Shown one piece after another: positions 61,701 to 64,000 of a DNA stretch of 64,000 nt (within the stretch, counting starts at the first letter, position 1; each line of letters begins with the position of its first letter). The translations under genes and the position numbers were made by a program. The stretch spans positions 97,039,250 to 97,103,249 of the forward strand of contig NC_068981.1 of the NCBI RefSeq assembly GCF_001194135.2, given 5' to 3'. This DNA is from Octopus bimaculoides (lineage: Eukaryota). Under the pieces are notes generated by a model that worked only from the letters and a program-made list of their open reading frames with translations, made no database searches and was not told the DNA's origin.

Positions 61701-62632
61701 CTGCTGAGAAATCTCGAGAAGCAGAGAGCAAAGCAAAGTAAGAAATTTACTGAAATTCTTTTAATTTGTTTGATTATTCAGTCATTATTTTTAATGAATT
61801 GATTATCTCCCATTTAGAATTATTGTTAACTTTTAATGTCCGGGGCTCAAAGTTTCATTTTCCTCTCTTTGTAGAAACTTGGAGAAAAAATATGGTACCT
61901 CTTTTAATAAAGATCTGAGAGTAAGTAGTGTTTGTCTTTATTGTATTGGCTTAACAAATTGAGATGGATGAGATATTAGCAGAAATGTTACTGTGTGTTT
62001 AATATAGTGTATCTTAACCCTTTAGCATTCATATTACTCTGTCAAATGTAATGTTTATTTATTTACGTTGCTTTGAATTAATCATGCACTATCTCATAGA
62101 TTTGAGATTTCGATGATGGGTCTGTTTGTGTTTAGGATGACATTATAAAATAGGTGTGAAACGCAGGATCTGGCCAGTTTCAACCTAAAACAGGTAGAAT
62201 ATTTTGGCTGGTTATGGCCAGTTTAAATACTAAAGAGTTGATAGATAGGTGACATATTGGCTAAGTGGTTAACTGCTACTACTGAGTAGTTATAACACTG
62301 CTGAGTAACTCAGATTATATTGTGCACTGTTGTGGAAAAATATTTTGTCTATTATTCTATCATCATGGAATAGTTCTCCATAGATAATTCTCTCATCATA
62401 GTGCTGATATCCATGCTTAGATTATGAAGTCACTGGTTGAAAGTTGTAAATAATGACCTGAATTTGTACCTGAAACTTTTTCTTTTTATTCTCATAAGTT
62501 TATAATGGTTTGTATAACTTTGTTGTTGATACATTCTGGATTGCAGGCAGATTTGCGGAAAGCACAGACTTTTGCATTAGAATGTCGTAAAGAGTCTCAA
62601 ATACGCAAAATGGTGGCTGACCGGAAATTGAA
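6331..62632 (+). CDS. MORC2: MORC2-like microrchidia GHKL ATPase, exons 1-11 (3' partial): join(6331..6389,41378..41431,49328..49362,50754..50822,51722..51812,56273..56381,58170..58244,59826..60046,61492..61737,61875..61920,62547..62632)
   Basis: Manual splicing gives one open 363-codon frame with GT-AG introns and matching phases: [109 protein letters not shown]...[16 protein letters not shown]...YSPF...[21 protein letters not shown]...[19 protein letters not shown]...KRLACCLYK...EAESKAK...RKLK. Bergerat-fold motifs (ExxDN, DDGxGMD, GxYGNGLK) are intact. The coiled-coil insertion after the ATPase core is typical of the MORC1/2 type rather than MORC3/4. Confidence 0.96.
6917..6959 (+). promoter_or_regulatory. 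CRE plus YY1-like module in MORC2 intron 1
   Basis: GATGACGTCATC 6917-6928; AACATGGCG 6942-6950; TGCGCA 6952-6957. Confidence 0.5.
9828..9900 (+). repeat. Short degenerate tandem repeat (three TGTAGATCA-containing units)
   Basis: tgtagatcaaaa / tgtagatcacaaac / tgtagatcacaagc. Confidence 0.6.
9954..10003. repeat. Perfect 50-bp palindrome (25-bp arms, no spacer)
   Basis: TCACCATTGTTAGATGCCACAACAT|ATGTTGTGGCATCTAACAATGGTGA. Confidence 0.97.
10260..10800 (-). mobile_element. Decayed CR1/Jockey-group LINE reverse transcriptase fragment
   Basis: ORF-track 10423..10800 reads LKAFDLVWH (cf. SKAFDxVWH), [18 protein letters not shown] (cf. PQGSVLSPTLFLLFIND) and a degenerate YADD region (YSCAN). 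Confidence 0.75.
11400..12620 (+). repeat. Degenerate minisatellite, about 32-bp unit (approx. CTACAAACCATGCACCAATCATCACCATGAAC), 35-40 copies by eye
   Basis: Recurring ctacaaaccatgcaccaatcat / caacaaaccatgcaccaatcatc / taacaaaccatgtaccaatcatt units with about 30-33 nt spacing. Confidence 0.88.
13455..13805 (+). mobile_element. tRNA-derived SINE, family A (head with small deletion)
   Basis: aggcgcaggagtggctg...gtggtaagtagcttgctt head; core ccttgggcaagtgtcttctactata; tail gtcctggggtcgatttg...cagtcaaataactgaaac; near-identical to 39325 and 40318 copies. Confidence 0.9.
16312..16468 (+). mobile_element. RTE-type LINE/SINE 3' end with (GAT)n tail
   Basis: ggagtggttggcgttaagaagggcatccagctgtagaaa...cccatgctagcatggaaagcggacgttaaatgatgatgatgatg. 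Confidence 0.88.
16640..17400 (-). mobile_element. Decayed RTE-group (RTE-X-like) LINE, RT C-terminal region
   Basis: - strand pieces [44 protein letters not shown], with frameshifts and stops. Confidence 0.85.
17918..18132 (-). mobile_element. tRNA-derived SINE, family E
   Basis: Reverse complement of ggcagaatcagtagc...gagttcaaattcc (B box)...ctttcatcctttcgagga...taagtaccagttg...gccttgtaccaaaatttgaaacc; homologous to 38285, 49778, 61063. Confidence 0.85.
19735..19885 (+). mobile_element. SINE family H 3' portion
   Basis: ggggaaatataaccttatttggaaacaggtgagggttggtgacaggaagggcat...cctcaacaaaattccatctga. Confidence 0.75.
22760..23480 (-). mobile_element. RTE-tailed element with long purine/pyrimidine-biased 5' region
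   Basis: catcatcatcatttaatgtc...gccatgctggcatggg tail at 22760, then a GA-rich tract; 22930-23080 resembles the reverse complement of 59230-59400. Confidence 0.7.
23759..23973 (+). mobile_element. piggyBac-type MITE, complete, TTAA on both sides
   Basis: TTAA|CCCTTTAGCATT ... AATGCTAACGGG|TTAA; 215 bp, non-coding. Confidence 0.88.
26100..26416 (+). mobile_element. 5'-truncated RTE LINE 3' end
   Basis: ttcgagtattgggcttcatggaggcaatgacc...gagaagaagacccatcaag...ctctcggagtggttggcattaggaagggcatcc...gatgatgatgatg; homologous to 45270-45562 and to 43475-43990 reversed. Confidence 0.85.
26445..26664 (+). mobile_element. piggyBac-type MITE (eroded ends)
   Basis: ctttagcattcagattactc...aaatgctaaagtg; colinear with the 23759 copy. 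Confidence 0.85.
27930..28140 (+). mobile_element. SINE family H fragment
   Basis: (TG)n, then tcatggtaaaatattaccttgcttggaaacaggtgagggttggc...gcatggaaaagttgaacattaaactgatgatg. Confidence 0.8.
28324..28544 (-). mobile_element. piggyBac-type MITE, opposite orientation
   Basis: TTAA|CCCTTTAGCATTTAAA ... TGAATGCTAAAGGG|CTAA. Confidence 0.87.
29690..29947 (+). mobile_element. SINE family H fragment
   Basis: ttgacatcacatgataattgtaaatgagtg...catggggaaatattaccttgcttggaaac...gatgttgatgatgatg. Confidence 0.8.
30641..30830 (+). mobile_element. SINE family A/H 5' half ending in (CA)n
   Basis: tggctgtgtagtaagaagcttgctt...cacatggttccaggtttagtcc...gatttggtag. Confidence 0.75.
31128..31301 (+). repeat. 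(TA)n microsatellite with degenerate TATG flank, abutting a gap
   Basis: Pure TA run about 31244-31301. Confidence 0.97.
31302..31787. other. Assembly gap (486 N)
   Basis: Run of N. Confidence 1.
31788..32600 (+). mobile_element. Penelope-like element relic: Asn-rich low-complexity frame ending in a PLE-like linker motif
   Basis: One frame with two TAG stops (32116, 32325) ends [61 protein letters not shown], resembling the PLE post-RT motif WFNPPFS...KIFNRNTVKVSYSCMPN...IISSHNKK (from memory). Confidence 0.6.
32684..33072 (+). mobile_element. Non-autonomous Helentron/DINE-1-like element (HINE)
   Basis: Subterminal inverted repeats ACCTCCGCCAA (32686-32696) and TTGACGGAGGT (33057-33067, 10/11 match); GTCC/GTCT microsatellite near the 5' end; 3' hairpin absent, CR1 fragment follows directly. 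Confidence 0.72.
33078..33450 (+). mobile_element. CR1-clade LINE 3' fragment
   Basis: Translates to [31 protein letters not shown] (cf. YWERLKxLxLYSLxRRRERYxIIxxWKI) and [11 protein letters not shown], then PDKPPTPRY-like terminus in a shifted frame. Confidence 0.8.
33600..33820 (+). mobile_element. SINE family A 3' half
   Basis: gatgttggtgtatttacatccc...ggcaaaaagactgatagaataag...cagtcaaatgactgac. Confidence 0.85.
33990..34690 (+). mobile_element. Decayed Ty3/gypsy gag relic
   Basis: Frameshifted pieces [28 protein letters not shown] / LTVLAHE...LLRDF / [10 protein letters not shown] / [12 protein letters not shown] / [13 protein letters not shown] fit the gag capsid-to-zinc-knuckle pattern. 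Confidence 0.6.
34237..34361. repeat. Perfect 125-bp inverted repeat (61-bp arms, 3-nt spacer AAG)
   Basis: Left arm 34237-34297 is the exact reverse complement of 34301-34361 (checked base by base). Confidence 0.97.
36060..36449 (+). mobile_element. Full-length tRNA-derived SINE, family F, with TSD and (AAC)n tail
   Basis: A box TGGCCCAGTGG, B box GGTTTCGATTCC; CpG-rich; tail caacaacaacaa; TSD CTGTCGAAACTGT (36047-36059) / CTGTTGAAACTAT (36450-36462). Confidence 0.9.
37604..37830 (-). mobile_element. RTE-type 3' end
   Basis: catcatcatcattactttagcaccc...ccatgctggcatggg...ggatgcccttcccaacaccaacc. Confidence 0.82.
38285..38475 (-). mobile_element. SINE family E
   Basis: Homologous to 17918-18132. 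Confidence 0.83.
38955..39260 (+). mobile_element. tRNA-derived SINE, family G
   Basis: A-box-like catggtctagtgttt, B-box-like ggtttcagttcc, core ttgagcaaaacacttcatctcatgttgctc; family call by pattern only. Confidence 0.65.
39271..39315 (+). mobile_element. piggyBac-type MITE left end only
   Basis: TTAA|CCCTTTAGCATTCAGATTA, truncated just before a SINE A. Confidence 0.75.
39325..39697 (+). mobile_element. Full-length SINE family A (CpG retained, young)
   Basis: aggcgcaggagtggctgtgtggtaa...ggttcagtccc (B box)...gtcaaatgactgaaacaagtaaaagag. Confidence 0.93.
40211..40760 (-). mobile_element. piggyBac-type MITE (- orientation) split by a SINE A
   Basis: MITE sequence 40211-40317 resumes at 40720-40760 (agtcacattatcaaaatctcaaagctac...). 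Confidence 0.8.
40318..40719 (+). mobile_element. Full-length SINE family A nested in a MITE
   Basis: Near-identical to the 39325 copy; AGTC on both sides (40314-40317, 40720-40723). Confidence 0.92.
40761..41092 (+). mobile_element. SINE family H (5'-truncated)
   Basis: tgtcttctactc...gtggatttggtggacagaaactg...ttgacatcatgtgatagttgtaaatgag...ggggaaatattacc...gatgttgatg. Confidence 0.8.
41378..41431 (+). CDS. MORC2: MORC2-like exon 2 ([18 protein letters not shown])
   Basis: Acceptor tttcag; 54 nt; weak donor AG|gttttt; carries the catalytic ExxDN motif. Confidence 0.95.
41540..41932 (+). mobile_element. SINE family H
   Basis: Family-A-type core (ccttgggcaattctcttctactatagc...gtggatttggttgacagaaa) joined to an RTE-like tail ending gatgatgatgatg. 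Confidence 0.82.
43475..44455 (-). mobile_element. 5'-truncated RTE (BovB-like) LINE: RT C-terminus, 3' UTR and (GAT)n tail
   Basis: - strand reads [22 protein letters not shown]...[11 protein letters not shown]...[11 protein letters not shown]...RPG; tail appears as catcatcatcat at 43475-43487. Confidence 0.92.
45103..45147 (+). repeat. (TG)n microsatellite
   Basis: Pure GT run. Confidence 0.95.
45270..45562 (+). mobile_element. 5'-truncated RTE LINE 3' end
   Basis: Homologous to 26100-26416. Confidence 0.85.
46383..46700 (+). mobile_element. SINE family A (headless, diverged)
   Basis: gggcaagtgtcttctattatagcc...gtggtgccccagcatggcc...gcaagtaaaagataaaag. Confidence 0.82.
47091..47154 (+). 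repeat. Tandem duplication of a 31-bp SINE tail segment
   Basis: aaatgggcttcaaaa(c/t)gataatgatgaattt twice. Confidence 0.9.
47620..47850 (+). mobile_element. RTE-type 3' end
   Basis: ggtgccatgttaaaagcacccagtac...ggaagggtatctagctgtagaaac...ccaacccatgcagcatgg...gatgatgat. Confidence 0.8.
47990..48810 (+). mobile_element. Mariner (DD34D) transposase pseudogene, 5'-truncated, with right TIR
   Basis: KLDK*VPHEL (WVPHEL), [40 protein letters not shown]; right end aaaatgggacatttcattcttaatgacctga|TA (48778-48810); stops and a frameshift. Confidence 0.95.
49328..49362 (+). CDS. MORC2: MORC2-like exon 3 ([11 protein letters not shown])
   Basis: ttttcag acceptor; 35 nt; donor gtaagt; phases fit. Confidence 0.93.
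49592..49711. other. Assembly gap (120 N) next to (CA)n at 49712-49765
   Basis: Run of N followed by a CA microsatellite. Confidence 1.
49778..49948 (-). mobile_element. SINE family E with internal deletion
   Basis: ttgatttcaaattttggctcaagg...gaaaggcaaagatgacctcagcggaatttgaact...gattctgccagttccacctt. Confidence 0.82.
50754..50822 (+). CDS. MORC2: MORC2-like exon 4 ([22 protein letters not shown])
   Basis: ttttcag acceptor; 69 nt; donor gtaaga; DDGxGMD motif. Confidence 0.95.
51201..51419 (+). mobile_element. piggyBac-type MITE
   Basis: TTAA|CCTTTTAGCATTC ... AAATGCTAAAGAC|TTAA. Confidence 0.83.
51722..51812 (+). CDS. MORC2: MORC2-like exon 5 ([30 protein letters not shown])
   Basis: ccgcag acceptor; 91 nt; donor gtatgt; ATP-lid GxYGNGLK motif. 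Confidence 0.95.
52935..53071 (-). mobile_element. Short retroelement segment with hammerhead-ribozyme motif (copy 1; 3-nt deletion in the stem III region)
   Basis: - strand: GACAC CTGATGA A GGCTG gagagtatat CAGCC GAAAC GTGTT. Confidence 0.75.
53110..53196 (+). mobile_element. tRNA-like Pol III SINE head ending in (AAT)n
   Basis: A box TGGCTTAGTGG 53117-53127; anticodon-like loop CTACTAA; B-box-like AGTTTGATTCC 53161-53171; then taataataac. Confidence 0.75.
53270..53410 (+). mobile_element. SINE family E fragment
   Basis: ctgtctttatgttctgagttcaaattc...gataaattaagtatcagttacgtactggagtcgatctaatc. Confidence 0.78.
53718..53830 (+). mobile_element. SINE family F internal fragment
   Basis: tgtaattcaaaggggccagctttgtca...ccctgagaactacgttaa matches 36260-36370. 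Confidence 0.8.
54040..54290 (+). repeat. Two about 126-bp tandem units with CT-rich tracts
   Basis: aaacatttaaaaa...caaaacgaa...tcaccactcactgtctctttcact at 54041 and 54167. Confidence 0.8.
54399..54538 (+). mobile_element. Short retroelement segment with hammerhead-ribozyme motif (copy 2, sense in MORC2 pre-mRNA)
   Basis: 54449-54494: GACAC CTGATGA C GGCTG gaaggtatat CAGCC GAAA TGTT GTGTT; inverted copy of 52935-53071. Confidence 0.78.
55035..55355 (+). mobile_element. Diverged SINE family H
   Basis: ggcatggctctatggctaagaagttcacttcacaaccacatggtttcaggttcagtc head; ccttacttgaaaaacaggtaaagattgg tail. Confidence 0.7.
55607..55990 (-). mobile_element. SINE family H, - strand
   Basis: catcatcatcat...aacatccactttttcatgc...ccaagtaaggtaatat...tttcagtttccatttgccaaatccact...gaagcaaacttcttaccatacaacc. 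Confidence 0.82.
56273..56381 (+). CDS. MORC2: MORC2-like exon 6 ([36 protein letters not shown])
   Basis: tttttcag acceptor; 109 nt; donor gtaact. Confidence 0.95.
56490..56680 (+). mobile_element. RTE-type 3' end
   Basis: aaaagcacccagtacactctgtgaagtggttgg...ggcattaaatgttgatgatg. Confidence 0.8.
57560..57930 (-). mobile_element. Diverged SINE family A
   Basis: tcttttacttgtttcaatcattga...ttctttcagtttgtc...aaatccactcacaagg...ggaactgaacccaagaccacatgg...cacacagccatgcct. Confidence 0.8.
58170..58244 (+). CDS. MORC2: MORC2-like exon 7 ([25 protein letters not shown])
   Basis: ttatag acceptor; 75 nt, phase 0/0; donor gtaagt. Confidence 0.92.
58600..59530 (+). mobile_element. Pyrimidine-rich element ending in an RTE-type 3' end
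   Basis: About 700-bp CT-rich tract, then ttgcaagttacttggtgacctcactagtgcaggtgcc...aagcacccagtacactctgtaaagtggttg...ccaacccatgcc. Confidence 0.65.
59826..60046 (+). CDS. MORC2: MORC2-like exon 8 ([14 protein letters not shown]...GEFDSDEG)
   Basis: tatag acceptor; 221 nt; donor gtaggt; overlaps ORF-track 59838..60050. Confidence 0.94.
61063..61275 (-). mobile_element. SINE family E
   Basis: Homologous to 17918-18132. Confidence 0.85.
61492..61737 (+). CDS. MORC2: MORC2-like exon 9 ([11 protein letters not shown]...EAESKAK)
   Basis: ctag acceptor; 246 nt; donor gtaaga; overlaps ORF-track 61496..61741. Confidence 0.95.
61875..61920 (+). CDS. MORC2: MORC2-like exon 10 ([15 protein letters not shown])
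   Basis: tttgtag acceptor; 46 nt; donor gtaagt; phases fit. Confidence 0.88.
62018..62237 (+). mobile_element. piggyBac-type MITE in intron 10
   Basis: TTAA|CCCTTTAGCATTC ... AAATACTAAAGAG|TTGA. Confidence 0.86.
62547..62632 (+). CDS. MORC2: MORC2-like exon 11 ([29 protein letters not shown])
   Basis: ttgcag acceptor; 86 nt; donor gtaagt; coiled-coil-like sequence. Confidence 0.88.
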
Positions 62633-62952
62633 GTAAGTTTGATCAAATATTTTTGGGAGGGAGCAAGAAGCAGAAGTGAGTGTGTGTGTGTGAGAGAGAG
62701 AGAGAAAGAAAGAGAGAGATGGAAAGGTGGTGAGGGCAACACATGAGCTGACAGACAATATTTGAAACTTCTTTTAATCAATTAAAATTACAATTCTACT
62801 GTGCTTTTCTTATTGTAACGAAATAATGGTTGACACACCACTCCTAACTATGCATTCTTTCAAGGCACATTCAGTTGATTTATAATACTAAGTAGTTTCT
62901 TCTGTCCTTATGAGCTTCATTTTCATCTGTTGTCCTTTCTTGTTTAAGTATT

Positions 62953-63431
62953 ACTCTTTTACTTGTTTCAGTCATTTGACTGCGGCCATGCTGGAGGACT
63001 GCCTTTAGTCGAGCAAATCGACCCCAGGACTTATTCTTTGGATGCCTAGTACTTATTCTATCGGTCGCTTTTGCCGAACCGCTAAGTTACGGGTACTTAA
63101 ACACACCACCATCGGTTGTCAAGCGATGTTGGGGGGACAAACACAGATATATATATATATANNNNNNNNNNAGTCAAATCGTCCAACCCATGCTAGCATG
63201 GAAGGCGGACGTTAAACGATGATGATGATGATGATGATACATATACATATATACATATATACATATATACGACAGGCTTCTTTCAGTTTCCGTCTACCAA
63301 ATCCACTCAAGGCTTTGGTCGGCCCGAGGCTATAGTAGAAGACACTTACCCAAGGTGCCACACAGTGGGAATGAACCCGGAACCATGTGGTTGGTAAGCA
63401 AGCTACTTACCACACAGCCACTCCTGCACCT
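62953..63431 (-). mobile_element. Full-length young SINE family A with an RTE 3' end (63172-63237, +) in its microsatellite; 10-N gap at 63162-63171
   Basis: Reverse complement of the 39325 copy on both sides; agtcaaatcgtccaacccatgctagcatggaaggcggacgttaaacgatgatgat inside. Confidence 0.9.
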
Positions 63432-64000
63432 GGTAATGAACTAGGGCTAAATCAGTGTACAGTACCCAGCACATCTACTTTGTGTTCATAAACAAAATAA
63501 GTTTACGAACCATTTTGATTTTCTCCTTAAAAAATAGTGTTCAAGGAAAAACTTTTGGGAATCTTCATTGAATAAAATAAGGAAAGGGTAAACTTATACT
63601 AAATGTCCCTGGGTGTTGTGAAGCTAAAATATCCATCCAGCCTAGAAAAAGCATTGATTTAAATGTTAATCCATCTCCAAGTCTTTCTAGTTGTAAATCT
63701 TTCTAAGAATTCATAGGATTAGTGTTTTGTTCTGCATCAGGTTGTGGTAAGCTGATATAAGACAACATTTTTTCCCTTGATAGAATGCTAGTAATTTAAC
63801 TTAATTGTAATAGTACCTGTTTGGATAATTTACCACAGGAAATACGGTTCTTATTTGCGTAATTTCCTCTAGAAATTATTGTCTTTTAATTACCATCATT
63901 TAGGTTAGCCAAAGTATGTAGAATAAAATGTTTTGTTCAGGGATCATGAAAATATGCAGTGATTTGAAACTGGAGGTTCAAAAAGTGGTTGATTAACATG

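Noticed and set aside
62633-64000. MORC2 exon 12 (expected to resemble KEPKxLNFxFG)
   Set aside because: No such frame with splice sites was found; the gene continues beyond the window.

Overview
AT-rich animal genomic DNA with three assembly gaps. The repeat families point to a coleoid cephalopod, very probably Octopus (inference). The main gene is a MORC2-type GHKL ATPase on the + strand. I could chain 11 coding exons in frame, all GT-AG, from the ATG at 6331 to 62632 (363 codons); the gene continues beyond the window and has a 35-kb first intron. About 950 bp upstream, head-to-head on the - strand, is the first coding exon of a probable CUSTOS (C12orf43)-like gene. A CpG-retaining promoter domain spans roughly 1.6-8.5 kb. 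The introns hold several tRNA-derived SINE families, RTE-type and CR1-type LINE relics, TTAA-flanked piggyBac-type MITEs, a mariner relic, a Helentron/DINE-like element, a Penelope-like relic and a gypsy gag relic. The most notable signals are: (1) two inverted copies of a short element with a minimal type I hammerhead-ribozyme motif in intron 5, next to a tRNA-like Pol III head; (2) two perfect long palindromes (125 bp and 50 bp) in intron 1; (3) a CArG-CRE-TATA module inside the neighbouring gene's first intron; (4) an exact 29-bp direct repeat 1.1 kb apart; (5) a degenerate 32-bp minisatellite of about 1.2 kb. All homology calls are from recognition of motifs by eye; no database search was run.
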